A stretch of DNA of 64,000 nt from Pseudomonadota bacterium. GTDB lineage: Bacteria > Pseudomonadota > Gammaproteobacteria > Burkholderiales > Burkholderiaceae_D. Where the stretch lies: NCBI GenBank assembly GCA_040387375.1, contig JAZKDW010000011.1:94837-158836 (forward strand), in the 5' to 3' direction. The position numbers were made by a program, and so were the translations under genes. The stretch's first letter is position 1. Every line of letters starts with the position of its first letter. Under the pieces are notes generated by a model. The model saw only the letters and a list, made by a program, of their open reading frames with translations. It did not search any database and was not told where the DNA came from. Of this stretch, positions 54,405 through 64,000 are shown piece after piece.

Positions 54405-56111
54405 TCAGGAGGCGTCGGGAAGCGCAAAAGTGATCACAAATCTCCCGCTGGCTTCGTCAAAACCAGCGTCCGACGAATTTATCCGATATTCATAGTCAAG
54501 CATCGCCCCGTTATTCAAGCATAATTCACGCGCCACATAGAGCCCCAGCCCGGTGCCCTTGCTGGAGGTCGTGTAAAACGGCTCGAACAGATGGGAGCGC
54601 ACTTCGGGCGTAATCGCCGGCCCGTCGTCCTGAATGTGCAGTTCGATCCGGTTGACCAGATCGGACACCAGATGCAGGCGGATGCTGCCGCTGCGGCCGC
54701 TGGCATAACGTATTGCATTCGACAACAGGTTGACAATGATTTCCCGAAAATGCAATCGATCGAACCATATCCGGTGCTGTCCCATTTTGCCGACATCGAT
54801 CATGCCGGCTTGCAGACCATGCGTTTCCTGAAATTCGGCCAGGATTTCGGCGAACATCGACGACAGTAAAATCGGTTCGCCATGCAACTGGGCTTTACGG
54901 GAGAGCTTGAGAATATCCTCGATCATCTGATTCAGCCGCAACACATTATCGCCGACGATATTCACCAGCCGGCTTTGCGCCGAATTTACGGCTTCCTCGC
55001 CCATCAGTGCCGCTGCATAGGAAATCGCAGAAAGCGGATTGCGAACCTCATGGGCAATGCTGGCAGTCAGGCGCCCCATTGACGCCAGCTTCAGCTGCTG
55101 CGCCTGATTTTCTATTTCGCTCACGTCCTGGAGAAAGATCACCGTCCGGTCTTTCAGGAGTCCTTCGGTGTCGACTCTTGCAAAGCGCAGTTTCAGATGC
55201 ACGCCCAGTTCACGCCGCCCACCCCAGACGGTGGATACGCCCAGCGCATTTGTGTCATCCGCGGGCTTGACGATGACATAAGCGGGCGATCCGGCAGGCG
55301 TCAACGTGTGCTCGGTGCGCCGCGCCGCCCAGATGAAGAATGCATCGGCAATCGGAATCAATGCCGGAATTTCCGTCAATTTATAACGCGATCTTTCAGC
55401 CGGGACGAGCAATCCCAGCATGCGCTCCGCCGCGGGATTCACTGTAAAAACGGTAGCGTCAGGTCCCAGCACCAGGATGCCGTCACCCATATCAGCGATT
55501 ACCAGCCGGTTGATCGCCTGCTGAATGCCCAGATCCTGCCCGCGTTGCGCCGCCAGCGTCTCCTGCTTGATGAGGCGGGCCGCGAGGCGATTGATCACAT
55601 AAACGGCAGCGAAGAAAGCGGCGCCGTACAGGCCGGCCTGGGAAATCGACGCATCACCTGCATCACGCAGCAGCTGATAACTTCCCTCCGACAGCATCAC
55701 CAGCGTGACCACCGACGAGAAAAGCAGGGACAGCAGCAGAGGAGCGAGTATGGCGCCGCCGGCAAGCGGGAACAGATACAGGATGGCCAAGCCGCTTTTG
55801 GAGCCGCCAGCCGCGATATACAACATCGAAATCACGGCGATGTCGGCTGACACCTGTGAAATTACCTGCAGCAGGAAACGGCGCTTGTAATAAAAAGCCA
55901 GCAGCGTAAACAAGGCTGCCATGACCAGATAGATACCGCAGATTTCCTGGTAAAAAGGTTGCTCCTGCTCCCAGAACGATTTCCTGGCGTTGATGCTCAG
56001 ATAGGCAAGCAGCATCAGCGAAATCACGATGCGGGTAACGTTGAACGTCTGCAGCGTGCGCCACAAGGTTCCCTGTGAGCCGATAGAAAATGTCGGAATT
56101 GCCTTTTCCAC
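54405..56111 (-). CDS. pilS: Sensor histidine kinase, PilS-like
   Basis: 568-aa ORF with about 6 N-terminal TM helices, a PAS-like region, the H-box SIAHEVRNPLSAI and an HATPase_c domain (DDGPAI.., GTGLGLYVAREL). GTG start at 56111. Confidence 0.75.
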   Translation of the reverse strand: MEKAIPTFSIGSQGTLWRTLQTFNVTRIVISLMLLAYLSINARKSFWEQEQPFYQEICGIYLVMAALFTLLAFYYKRRFLLQVISQVSADIAVISMLYIAAGGSKSGLAILYLFPLAGGAILAPLLLSLLFSSVVTLVMLSEGSYQLLRDAGDASISQAGLYGAAFFAAVYVINRLAARLIKQETLAAQRGQDLGIQQAINRLVIADMGDGILVLGPDATVFTVNPAAERMLGLLVPAERSRYKLTEIPALIPIADAFFIWAARRTEHTLTPAGSPAYVIVKPADDTNALGVSTVWGGRRELGVHLKLRFARVDTEGLLKDRTVIFLQDVSEIENQAQQLKLASMGRLTASIAHEVRNPLSAISYAAALMGEEAVNSAQSRLVNIVGDNVLRLNQMIEDILKLSRKAQLHGEPILLSSMFAEILAEFQETHGLQAGMIDVGKMGQHRIWFDRLHFREIIVNLLSNAIRYASGRSGSIRLHLVSDLVNRIELHIQDDGPAITPEVRSHLFEPFYTTSSKGTGLGLYVARELCLNNGAMLDYEYRINSSDAGFDEASGRFVITFALPDAS

Positions 56112-56114
56112 GTA

Positions 56115-56363
56115 TCAGCCTGAAATATGCAGCTTGCGATGCTCGTCGCTGCAGAAGGTCTTGTCCGCCTGACTGACGACGGCTTCGGATGCCGGAATAT
56201 AGATGCCGCAGTGCGCGCATCGGATCATCTCTTCGGTGCCGCCGCCTTCGGGCAGGTCAGCGCTCTTGCGCGCGCCAACACCTGGCTTGCGGGGCTTCTG
56301 CCTGGCCCGCATCACCCACATCACCACGATGAAACCGATTACGCCCCACAGCAGGAATTTCAT
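56115..56363 (-). CDS. PP0621-family small membrane protein with C-terminal Cys/His motif
   Basis: 82 aa from the ATG at 56363 (MKFLLWGVIGFIVVMWV), with CAHCGIYIP..CSDEH at the C-terminus. An ATGA overlap links it to the upstream gene. The family name is from memory. Confidence 0.6.
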   Translation of the reverse strand: MKFLLWGVIGFIVVMWVMRARQKPRKPGVGARKSADLPEGGGTEEMIRCAHCGIYIPASEAVVSQADKTFCSDEHRKLHISG

Positions 56364-57169
56364 GCCAGGCCCCGGTGCAACAATACTTCCAGCACGAAGC
56401 GGCTGCCAACGTAGGCTAATAACAAGGTCGCAAAACCGATCAGAGTGAAGGAAAGTGCGGTCTTGCCACGCCAACCGCGCCATTTCCGCCCCGCCAGCAA
56501 CAAGCCGAACAAGCCCCAGGAAAGTAGCGTGAAAATGATTTTATGGTCCCATTTGAATGCCTTCCCGAACAGCTGCTCGGAAAAGACCACGCCGGAAAAT
56601 ACGGTCAGGGTCAGCAGCGCGAAACCGAAGGAAATCAACCTGAACAATAATTTCTCCATCGTCAGCAGCGCCGGCAGACGATCGATGGCGGCAGAAAACC
56701 ATCCGGTTTTTGTCAGATGCGGCCGCGTATGCAGCCTGGATTCCTGCAATGCCATCAGGACGGCATGAAACGCGGCAATCGTCAATGTACTGTAGGCCAG
56801 AATGGCAATCGCGATGTGCCATGAAAATAACGACGACTTGCCTTCCAGTGGCACCAGGTTTCCCGGGAATAAGGCGGGCAGGATGACCGCCACCGCAGCG
56901 CAAGGCAATACCAGCACGCGCAGGCCGTCCAGCGTGAAATTGCGGTTTTCCAGCCAATAAGCGGCTACCGATACCCACAAGGTCGCGGATAACATGATGG
57001 CGAACCCAAGCCGCAGCGAGCCGGGTGCAAAGACATCAGCGCCAAGCGCACCGCCGTGCATCAGCCACGCGATCGCGGTGCCAATGGCAATCAGGGTGCG
57101 CCGCTTTGACGGCAAAAAAGTGCAGGCTGCGTAGAGCAAGGCCGCCAAAAAGAAAAAATAGTTCTGCAT
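56360..57169 (-). CDS. Cytochrome c assembly (CcsA/YpjD-like) inner membrane protein
   Basis: 269-aa polytopic membrane ORF with Trp-rich segments (WHIAIAILAY..). It is divergent from ffh, as ypjD is in many proteobacteria. Confidence 0.7.
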   Translation of the reverse strand: MQNYFFFLAALLYAACTFLPSKRRTLIAIGTAIAWLMHGGALGADVFAPGSLRLGFAIMLSATLWVSVAAYWLENRNFTLDGLRVLVLPCAAVAVILPALFPGNLVPLEGKSSLFSWHIAIAILAYSTLTIAAFHAVLMALQESRLHTRPHLTKTGWFSAAIDRLPALLTMEKLLFRLISFGFALLTLTVFSGVVFSEQLFGKAFKWDHKIIFTLLSWGLFGLLLAGRKWRGWRGKTALSFTLIGFATLLLAYVGSRFVLEVLLHRGLA

Positions 57170-57398
57170 CGGTTGAGTTTACACCATGTAACGATCCGAC
57201 CTGTCCACGTGTAGACCTCTTGGGGTTAAATCGTGCCCAAGCCGGGGACAGACGCACGCCGGACGCAACGTTCCCCGGGTGGACTGCTCTAATGAGAAAT
57301 GGAATACGCTACCGCATCGGTTAAAATGCAGGGCTGCCTGTGATGCATTTTCCGTAGCGCTTCCGCGCTCCCTTTCACTTAATGAACCGTTACCATCC

Positions 57399-58763
57399 AT
57401 GCTCGACAATCTGACACAACGCCTTGCCAAAGTCGTCAAAACCATGCGTGGCGAGGCGAGGCTGACCGAGACTAACACCGCCGAGATGCTGCGTGAAGTG
57501 CGCCTGGCATTGCTCGAAGCCGACGTTGCCCTCCCCGCCGTGCGCGAATTCATTGCGCGCGTCAAGGAAAAGGCGCTGGGTGAGGACGTCATCGGTTCGC
57601 TGACGCCCGGCCAGGCCCTGGTCGGCGTGGTGCAAAGTGAATTGGCCGCCATCATGGGAGCGGATCTGGGGCCGGAAGCATCGCAACTCAACTTCGCAAC
57701 CCAGCCGCCGGCGATCATCCTGATGGCTGGCTTGCAGGGTGCGGGTAAAACCACGACGGTCGGCAAACTCGCCAAATATTTGCGTGAACAGAAAAAGAAA
57801 AAGGTCCTGACCGTATCCGCCGACGTCTATCGTCCGGCCGCCATCGGCCAGCTGCAGACAGTCACCGCGCAAGTCGGCGCCGATTTTTTCCCGTCGCTGC
57901 CGACCGACAAGCCGGTCGCCATCGCGCTGGCAGCGCTCGACTATGCAAAACGGCATTATCACGATGTTCTGATCATCGACACTGCCGGCCGTCTCGGCAT
58001 TGACGAAGCGATGATGGCGGAAATCCGCGCATTACATGCGGCCGTGAAGCCGATCGAGACGCTGTTCGTCGTCGATGCGATGCTGGGCCAGGACGCCATC
58101 AATACTGCCAAGGCCTTTAATGATGCGCTGCCGCTGACCGGCATTGTACTGACCAAGCTCGATGGCGATTCACGCGGTGGCGCGGCACTCTCGGTGCGTC
58201 ATATCACCGGCAAACCGATCAAGTTTGCAGGCGTGGCGGAAAAACTTGACGGCCTCGAAGCCTTCGATCCGTCCCGGATGGCCAACCGCATCCTTGGCAT
58301 GGGCGACATCCTGGCACTGGTGGAAGAAGCCAGAAAAGGGGTCGACGTCGCCGCGGCCCAGGATCTGGCGCAAAAGATCAAGGTGGGCGGCAAGTTCGAT
58401 CTGAACGATTTCAAGGCGCAGCTCGGGCAGATGAAAAAAATGGGCGGCTTGGGCAATTTGATGGACAAGCTGCCGGCGCAATTCCAGCAGGCTGCCAGCG
58501 GCGCCAATATGGATCAGGCCGAAAAGCAGGTGCGCAGGATGGAAGGCATCATCAATTCAATGACACCGCAGGAACGCACCAAGCCGGAGCTGATCAAGGC
58601 CTCCCGCAAGCGCCGTATCGCTGCTGGCGCAGGTGTCCAGGTGCAGGAAGTCAACCGCATGCTGGCCCAGTTCGAGCAAATGCAGTCGATGATGAAAAAG
58701 CTCAAGGGCGGCGGAATGATGAAGATGATGCGCGGTATGAAAGGCATGTTGCCCGGCATGTAA
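57399..58763 (+). CDS. ffh: Signal recognition particle protein Ffh
   Basis: 454 aa from the ATG at 57399 (MLDNLTQRLAKVVKTMRG). It has GTPase motifs (GLQGAGKTTT, DTAGR, TKLDG) and a Met-rich M domain. The track start at 57279 is an over-extension. Confidence 0.95.
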   Translation: MLDNLTQRLAKVVKTMRGEARLTETNTAEMLREVRLALLEADVALPAVREFIARVKEKALGEDVIGSLTPGQALVGVVQSELAAIMGADLGPEASQLNFATQPPAIILMAGLQGAGKTTTVGKLAKYLREQKKKKVLTVSADVYRPAAIGQLQTVTAQVGADFFPSLPTDKPVAIALAALDYAKRHYHDVLIIDTAGRLGIDEAMMAEIRALHAAVKPIETLFVVDAMLGQDAINTAKAFNDALPLTGIVLTKLDGDSRGGAALSVRHITGKPIKFAGVAEKLDGLEAFDPSRMANRILGMGDILALVEEARKGVDVAAAQDLAQKIKVGGKFDLNDFKAQLGQMKKMGGLGNLMDKLPAQFQQAASGANMDQAEKQVRRMEGIINSMTPQERTKPELIKASRKRRIAAGAGVQVQEVNRMLAQFEQMQSMMKKLKGGGMMKMMRGMKGMLPGM

Positions 58764-58999
58764 ACGATGCGGCCATCAAAACCAGGCATCAAAACGCAGC
58801 GTCGCTGCATCGTCCGGATGCACCTTGGGCACCACGGTTGACCATCCCGGTTTCCCTCTATGACGAATGCGTAGCACCTATTGCACAATCCTGGCTAAAA
58901 ACTTGCAAAAAACGCTTGCATAGCTAGCAAAACCCCACCACTATTAGCGGTGCGTGAATTGGCGCAATTTTCCAATACCATAGTAAAGGAGGCTCGAAG

Positions 59000-59467
59000 A
59001 TGGCAACTGCCAAAAAATCCGCGACCGCTAAACCGGCCGCCAAGAAACCAGCTGCAAAAAAACCTGCAGCAAAGAAGCCAGCAGCAAAGGCAGCACCCGC
59101 AAAAAAAGCAGCCGCAAAGCCAGCCGCTAAAAAGGCAGCAGCAAAGCCAGTAGCAAAAAAGGCCGCACCGGCTAAAAAGGCTGCCGTAAAAGCAGCAGCA
59201 AAACCCAAGACCCCGCGCAAGCCAAATGCAGCATTCATGAAACCGATGACACCGTCTGCCGTACTGGCCGCTGTTGTTGGCGCCAATCCGCTGCCGCGTA
59301 CTGAAGTCACCAAAAAGATCTGGGAGTACATCAAGAAAAACAAACTGCAAGATGAAGCAAACAAACGCAATATCAACGCGGATGAAAAGCTGAAAGCTGT
59401 CTTTGGCGGCAAGAAGCAAGTGTCGATGTTCGAGATGACCAAACTCATCTCCGGCCACTTGAAATAA
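59000..59467 (+). CDS. Histone-H1-like (AKKPA-rich) N-terminal tail fused to a SWIB/MDM2 domain
   Basis: 155-aa ORF with AAGGAGG upstream. Residues about 1-75 are A/K/P repeats. The C-terminal about 80 aa (MTPSAVLAAVVGANPLPRTEVTKKIWEYIKKNKLQD..KLKAVFGGKKQVSMFEMTKLISGHL) fits the SWIB fold pattern. Confidence 0.8.
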   Translation: MATAKKSATAKPAAKKPAAKKPAAKKPAAKAAPAKKAAAKPAAKKAAAKPVAKKAAPAKKAAVKAAAKPKTPRKPNAAFMKPMTPSAVLAAVVGANPLPRTEVTKKIWEYIKKNKLQDEANKRNINADEKLKAVFGGKKQVSMFEMTKLISGHLK

Positions 59468-59487
59468 CCTTCTTTCCAAAAGCCAAA

Positions 59488-59520
59488 CAAAAACGCCCGC
59501 AACCGCGGGCGTTTTTGTTT
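59488..59520 (+). terminator. Rho-independent (potentially bidirectional) terminator
   Basis: AAAAACGCCCGC-AACC-GCGGGCGTTTTT gives a 12-bp perfect stem including the A/T runs. It lies 21 nt after the stop codon. Confidence 0.85.
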
Positions 59521-59534
59521 GTGGCGTTCGGAGA

Positions 59535-59728
59535 TTAGCTCGACTTCATCCAAAATCATGTGGCGTAGCTGAGCCTATCGGTCAAGCCTGGTGGGATCGG
59601 CATGAAGACATCGTGATGCAAGCTCAGTCTGGATTCCCGCATTCGCGAGAATGACGGTGGTGAGAGTGGAGATCGACCAAATTGCTACCGTCATTCCCGT
59701 GCAAACGGGAATCCAGACTGAGCTTGCA
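59535..59728. repeat. Mosaic intergenic repeat, copy c (one arm inverted, other arm truncated)
   Basis: ATTCCC-N8-GAGAAT/GGGAAT palindromes lie at 59633-59652 and 59693-59712. Positions 59535-59640 are the reverse complement of the right arms of copies a and b. Confidence 0.85.
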
Positions 59729-59766
59729 CGTGGAGGACGTCTATTTCCTTTGGTGGAGCGCTTCGC

Positions 59767-60390
59767 TCAATGCTTGTACTCCCACCGCTTCCACGCCGCC
59801 AGGACCGCATTGGGATAATCCGGACGGCCGCGGCTGCCGTTGTAGCGGCCAAGGGCGAGAAACAGGTTGCCCCTTTCCATATCCATGTACATGCGCAGAA
59901 TCGCGCAGCCGTAACGCAGATTGGTTTGCATGTGGAACAGCTTCTTCGGGTCACGGTCGCCGATCACCCGCGTCCAGAATGGCATGACCTGCATGTAACC
60001 GCGCGCGCCGACATGGGACATCGCATATTTGCGAAACGCCGATTCGACCTGGATCAGCCCGAGCACCATCGCGGGATCGACGCCCGCCCGCTTCGATTCA
60101 TACCAGACGGTTTCGAGGAATTCCAGCCGGATCTGCACATCCGGCATCCGGCGCTTGAGCCGCTCGGACATCTCGCCCAGCCAGTGCAGGTATTTGATAC
60201 GCGCGTTGATGTCATCAAACCTGGCCTTGGGCGGGCGGGCGTCGGCAATCGCATTGGACAGGGCAATCCTGACGGAATCGGCTAATGCTTCTTCCTTCTG
60301 ATTGCCGGCGGTGGCATGGGCACTCCAGCAAAGGACCGCGATGGCCGCCAGCCGGCAAACGAAGATCCGGCTTATCGGCAATTTATTCAC
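59767..60390 (-). CDS. Lytic transglycosylase (Slt domain) with signal peptide
   Basis: 207-aa ORF with the catalytic motif GLIQVESAF and YMQVMPFW. It overlaps the proS stop by 4 nt. Confidence 0.85.
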   Translation of the reverse strand: MNKLPISRIFVCRLAAIAVLCWSAHATAGNQKEEALADSVRIALSNAIADARPPKARFDDINARIKYLHWLGEMSERLKRRMPDVQIRLEFLETVWYESKRAGVDPAMVLGLIQVESAFRKYAMSHVGARGYMQVMPFWTRVIGDRDPKKLFHMQTNLRYGCAILRMYMDMERGNLFLALGRYNGSRGRPDYPNAVLAAWKRWEYKH

Positions 60391-62120
60391 GCGACCAGTT
60401 TGCCTTTGATGAAATCAAGCATCTGCGCCAGCGGAACCGCGGTAGCGGCGGCATCACGGCGCCCCTGGTACTCAAGCGTGTTTTCCTTCAGCCCGCGGTC
60501 GCCGATGACGATCCGGTGCGGCACGCCGATCAGCTCCCAGTCCGCGAACATTGCGCCGGGACGCTCGCCGCGGTCGTCGAGCACCACGTCGATTGCGGCC
60601 GCTTGCAGCGCGGCGTACAGTTTGTCGGTTTCGAGCTTGACTGCCTCGCTGCGCTCATATCCCATCGGGCACAGCACCACCTCGAACGGCGCAATCGCTG
60701 CCGGCCAGACGATGCCCTTGTCATCGAAATTCTGTTCAATCGCGGCGCCCAGGATGCGGGTCACGCCGATGCCATAACAGCCCATCTGCATCGGTTGCGG
60801 CTTGCCGTTCTCGTCCAGATAGCTGGCCTTCATGGCTTCCGAATAGTTGGTGCCCAACTGGAAAACGTGGCCGACTTCAATGCCGCGCTGGATGGCGAGC
60901 ACACCCTGGCCGTCCGGCGACGGATCGCCCGCAACGACATTGCGCAAATCGAACACATCCGGCTCGGGCAAGTCTCGTCCCCAATTGGCGCCCGTGTAAT
61001 GGAAATCCGCCTCGTTGGCGCCGCAGACAAAATCGGCCATGCCGGCGACGGCGCGATCGGCTACCACCTTGACCGGCTTGCTGGTTCCGATCGGCCCCAG
61101 ATAACCTGGCCTGGTCCCGAACCATTCAAGGATTTCCGCTTCGGTCGAGAAGCGGTAGCCGGTCAGTCCCGGTACTTTTCCCGCCTTCACTTCATTCAAG
61201 TCATGATCGCCGCGCAATAACAATAACCAGACCTGCTTGTCAGTTTTCCCCTGCTCTTCCTTTTCCACCGTCAGCACGATCGACTTCACCGTCTGCGACA
61301 GCGGCAGGCCGAGCAGCGCGGCGACATCCTCGCAGCGGGATTTGCCCGGCGTTGGCGTCTTGACCAGCGCCTGGGCCGCCGCAGCGCGCGCAACCGTGGG
61401 CGAGACTGCTTCGGCGGCTTCCATGTTGGCCGCGTAATCGGATGTCGGACAATACACCAGGGCGTCTTCGCCGGTATCGGCAATCACGTGGAATTCATGC
61501 GATCCCGAGCCGCCGATCGCCCCATTATCCGCCGCCACCGCGCGGAACTGCAGGCCGAACCGATTGAAAATGCGCACATAGGCGTCATACATGATCTGGT
61601 ACGACTGCTTCATGCCCTCGACGTTGCGATCGAATGAATACGCATCCTTCATGGTGAATTCACGACCGCGCATCAATCCGAAACGCGGACGGCGCTCGTC
61701 GCGGAACTTGATCTGGATCTGGTAAAAATTAATCGGCAGCTGGCGATACGACTTGATTTCGGTCCGCGCCACGTCGGTAATGACCTCTTCGGACGTCGGT
61801 TGAATGGCATAGTCGCGACCGTGACGGTCTTTTACCCGCATCAATTCCGGGCCCATTTTGTCCCAGCGCCCGGTTTCCTGCCACAGCTCCGCCGGCTGGA
61901 CGACCGGCATCATCAGCTCTACGGCGCCGGCGCGGTTCATCTCTTCACGGACGATCGCTTCGACCTTGCGAATCACCCGCAATCCCATCGGCATGTAAGT
62001 ATAGATACCGGAACCCAGGCGTTTTATCATCCCGGCACGCAGCATCAGCTTGTGGCTGATGATTTCTGCATCGGAAGGTGCTTCTTTAAGTGTTGAAATA
62101 AAAAATCGTGAGGCGCGCAT
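60387..62120 (-). CDS. proS: Prolyl-tRNA synthetase (bacterial type with INS editing domain)
   Basis: 577-aa ORF. The N-terminus [32 protein letters not shown] is typical of ProS, and class II motifs are present ([16 protein letters not shown]; GCYGIGVTR). Confidence 0.95.
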   Translation of the reverse strand: MRASRFFISTLKEAPSDAEIISHKLMLRAGMIKRLGSGIYTYMPMGLRVIRKVEAIVREEMNRAGAVELMMPVVQPAELWQETGRWDKMGPELMRVKDRHGRDYAIQPTSEEVITDVARTEIKSYRQLPINFYQIQIKFRDERRPRFGLMRGREFTMKDAYSFDRNVEGMKQSYQIMYDAYVRIFNRFGLQFRAVAADNGAIGGSGSHEFHVIADTGEDALVYCPTSDYAANMEAAEAVSPTVARAAAAQALVKTPTPGKSRCEDVAALLGLPLSQTVKSIVLTVEKEEQGKTDKQVWLLLLRGDHDLNEVKAGKVPGLTGYRFSTEAEILEWFGTRPGYLGPIGTSKPVKVVADRAVAGMADFVCGANEADFHYTGANWGRDLPEPDVFDLRNVVAGDPSPDGQGVLAIQRGIEVGHVFQLGTNYSEAMKASYLDENGKPQPMQMGCYGIGVTRILGAAIEQNFDDKGIVWPAAIAPFEVVLCPMGYERSEAVKLETDKLYAALQAAAIDVVLDDRGERPGAMFADWELIGVPHRIVIGDRGLKENTLEYQGRRDAAATAVPLAQMLDFIKGKLVA

Positions 62121-62319
62121 AACGGTGAATTCTTTTTAAAAAGAGAGGGTTATAATCAACTCAATTTTAAAGGATTAGCTGGCTGATGCACCCACTCTTT
62201 GCACAATTGATTACGCTTCCGGTTTCCCGCCTGATCGCGGGTTTGCCTGGGGCATGTGGTTTGCGTACCTGATGCATATGATGAGGGGCACTTAGCGGCA
62301 GAAAGTTTTGAGGTACAAC

Positions 62320-62901
62320 ATGCTGGACCGTGAAGGCTTTCGCCCGAACGTCGGCATCATCCTCCTCAACACCCAGAACGAGGTGTGGTGGGGAAAGCGG
62401 GTGCGCGAACATTCGTGGCAATTTCCGCAGGGCGGGATCAAGTTCGGCGAAACGCCCGAGCAAGCGATGTTTCGCGAGCTCGAAGAAGAAATCGGTCTGA
62501 AATCGGGACACGTCAAGATCATCGGTCGCACGCGCGACTGGCTGCGCTATGAGGTGCCCGATCATTTTATCAAACGTGAAATCCGAGGGCATTACCGCGG
62601 CCAGAAACAGATCTGGTTCCTGCTGCGCATGACCGGACGTGACAGCGATGTCAACCTGCGATTGACTGACCATCCTGAGTTTGATGCATGGCGCTGGCAC
62701 GATTACTGGGTTCCGCTCGATGTGGTGATCGAGTTCAAGCGCGACGTCTATCAACGGGCTTTGCAGGAGCTGTCGCGCTTTTTGTCGCGCCCGATACAGA
62801 ATGGCGCGCAGCCTCATACCGCCCGTTACATGCGCCAGCCCCAGCCCGTGCGCACGCTGGACGATACCGATCCCGCGCAAACCGAACCAAACAGCAAGTG
62901 A
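62320..62901 (+). CDS. rppH: RNA pyrophosphohydrolase RppH (NudH)
   Basis: [15 protein letters not shown].. with the Nudix box [27 protein letters not shown] lies 7 nt upstream of the ATG at 62320. Confidence 0.9.
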   Translation: MLDREGFRPNVGIILLNTQNEVWWGKRVREHSWQFPQGGIKFGETPEQAMFRELEEEIGLKSGHVKIIGRTRDWLRYEVPDHFIKREIRGHYRGQKQIWFLLRMTGRDSDVNLRLTDHPEFDAWRWHDYWVPLDVVIEFKRDVYQRALQELSRFLSRPIQNGAQPHTARYMRQPQPVRTLDDTDPAQTEPNSK

Positions 62902-62909
62902 GTGTTGTC

Positions 62910-63509
62910 ATGTTTTTTAAAAATCCGTCCACGCCGTCCGCCCGCGTCTCGCCTGACCAATATCGCGGCACACTCGTGTCTGCCAGCAGGATCATCGCGG
63001 TTTTGCTGGTTCTGGCCAGCGCTGTCACCGCTAGCCATGCACAGTCCCGGTTCGAAGAGGATTTTGATGATCCGGACAAACCCTGGCAGGAAATCACGGT
63101 GCAGTTGCCTGCCGCGCCGCAGGCTGCGGATCTGGTCCCGTTTAACGTCAGCCAGACCGCTACGCAGTCATTTGCCGTCGACGCAAAATCCCTGACGGTC
63201 GGAACAGATGGGGTGGTGCGTTATACGCTGGTCGCCACCAGCGCATCGGGCGCCAAAAACGTCAGCTACGAGGGAATCCGCTGCGCATCCTATGAGAAAA
63301 AACTGTACGCATTCGGTCAGAACGACGGCAACTGGTCACGCTCGCGCCGCGACCGGTGGGAACTCATTAGCGGCAACGCGGCAAATCGGCAGCATGCCGC
63401 GCTGGCGCGTGATTATTTGTGCATGGAAAAAACCATCGCAGGAAACGCGCCGGAAATGCTGGCGCGATTGCGTTCAGGCCGGATGATTCAGCAGCAATAC
63501 TGGAAATGA
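62910..63509 (+). CDS. CNP1-like periplasmic/lipoprotein family protein
   Basis: 199 aa from the ATG at 62910, with a signal peptide (IIAVLLVLASAVTASHA) and the pattern VSYEGIRC..Y...A...DG.W. The family assignment is from memory of the CNP1 family that follows rppH in Burkholderiales. The track ORF start at 62688 is an over-extension. Confidence 0.6.
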   Translation: MFFKNPSTPSARVSPDQYRGTLVSASRIIAVLLVLASAVTASHAQSRFEEDFDDPDKPWQEITVQLPAAPQAADLVPFNVSQTATQSFAVDAKSLTVGTDGVVRYTLVATSASGAKNVSYEGIRCASYEKKLYAFGQNDGNWSRSRRDRWELISGNAANRQHAALARDYLCMEKTIAGNAPEMLARLRSGRMIQQQYWK

Positions 63510-63529
63510 GGGCTGCCGCAGGCAGGTCG

Positions 63530-64000
63530 TCAAAGCAGAACCAGATTGTCCCGATGGATCAGTTCGGGCTCTTCCACAAAACCGAGGATCGCCAGAATAT
63601 CCGCCGATGGCCGGCGCATGATGCGGCGTGCCTCGGCGCTGCTGTAATTTGACATGCCCCGGGCAACCGGGCGTCCGGCCTGATCAGTACAGGTAATCAC
63701 ATCGCCACGGCCAAACTCGCCGCCCACCTCGATGACGCCAATCGGCAACAGCGATTTCCCTTCGGTGGTCAGCTTTTGCACCGCGCCCGCATCCAATACC
63801 ACCTTGCCCGCCGTCTGCAGATGATCGGCCATCCATTGCTTGCGCGCTGTCAGCGGCGCAGTCTGGGCTGTCAGTTGTGTGCCAATCGCCTCGCCGGCCG
63901 CCAGACGTGTCAGGACGTCGTCTTCGCGGCCCCAGGCGATTACCGTGTGGGCGCCGGATGTCGCGGCACGCCTGGCCGCCAGGATCTTGGTCAGCATGCC
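63530..64000 (-). CDS. proB: Glutamate 5-kinase, C-terminal part (PUA domain); 5-prime end beyond the window
   Basis: The C-terminal sequence ..[41 protein letters not shown].. is the ProB PUA domain. The ORF is open to the window edge. Confidence 0.85.
   Translation of the reverse strand, partial: GMLTKILAARRAATSGAHTVIAWGREDDVLTRLAAGEAIGTQLTAQTAPLTARKQWMADHLQTAGKVVLDAGAVQKLTTEGKSLLPIGVIEVGGEFGRGDVITCTDQAGRPVARGMSNYSSAEARRIMRRPSADILAILGFVEEPELIHRDNLVLL

Noticed and set aside
58895-59559. Minus-strand ORFs (194 and 211 aa) opposite the SWIB gene
   Set aside because: These are alternative-frame artefacts of the AKKPA repeat region (CC/FF-rich peptides). The plus-strand gene has a strong SD, a folded C-terminal domain and a terminator.

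Overview
This is a 64-kb chromosomal segment, mid-50s % GC by eye. Its gene order looks like a betaproteobacterium of the Burkholderiales/Oxalobacteraceae type: pyrC'-pyrB-pyrR-ruvX-yqgE; rubredoxin-pilGHIJ-chpA; aroQ-accB-accC-prmA-DUF3426; nrdAB; pilSR; ffh; proS/rppH/proB. That placement rests on synteny only, with no database search. I call about 60 tightly packed protein genes, almost all core metabolism or envelope functions. Two functional islands stand out. (1) An 8-gene meta-cleavage operon plus a divergent GntR regulator at 5.4-13.2 kb, best explained as a 2,3-dihydroxybenzoate-type (dhb/cmt-like) pathway. (2) A Pil-Chp twitching-motility chemosensory cluster at 15.0-25.1 kb with a 1970-aa ChpA. 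There is one intact IS4-family (IS50-like) insertion sequence. I saw no rRNA, tRNA, CRISPR array, prophage or recognisable defence genes. I did not find convincing evidence for a new multi-gene system. The unusual signals are at the level of repeated DNA: (a) a modular intergenic repeat family built on ATTCCC-N8-GGGAAT palindromes (Neisseria NIME/dRS3-like), with 3 copies, all between convergent genes; (b) the IS inserted exactly in the N8 spacer of one such palindrome; (c) the same 15-bp in-frame tandem repeat (GCGGGCGCCGTGCA[C/A], coding AGAV[H/Q]) inside two unrelated genes, prmA and a pilR-like regulator; (d) A10 and A8 homopolymers inside chpA and pilG; (e) two lysine/alanine histone-H1-like genes, one made of eight 48-bp repeats and one fused to a SWIB domain; (f) a class II aldolase-fold protein in the catabolic operon that lacks the canonical zinc-binding His triad. 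Gene starts were adjusted by hand where the ORF track gave obvious N-terminal over-extensions.
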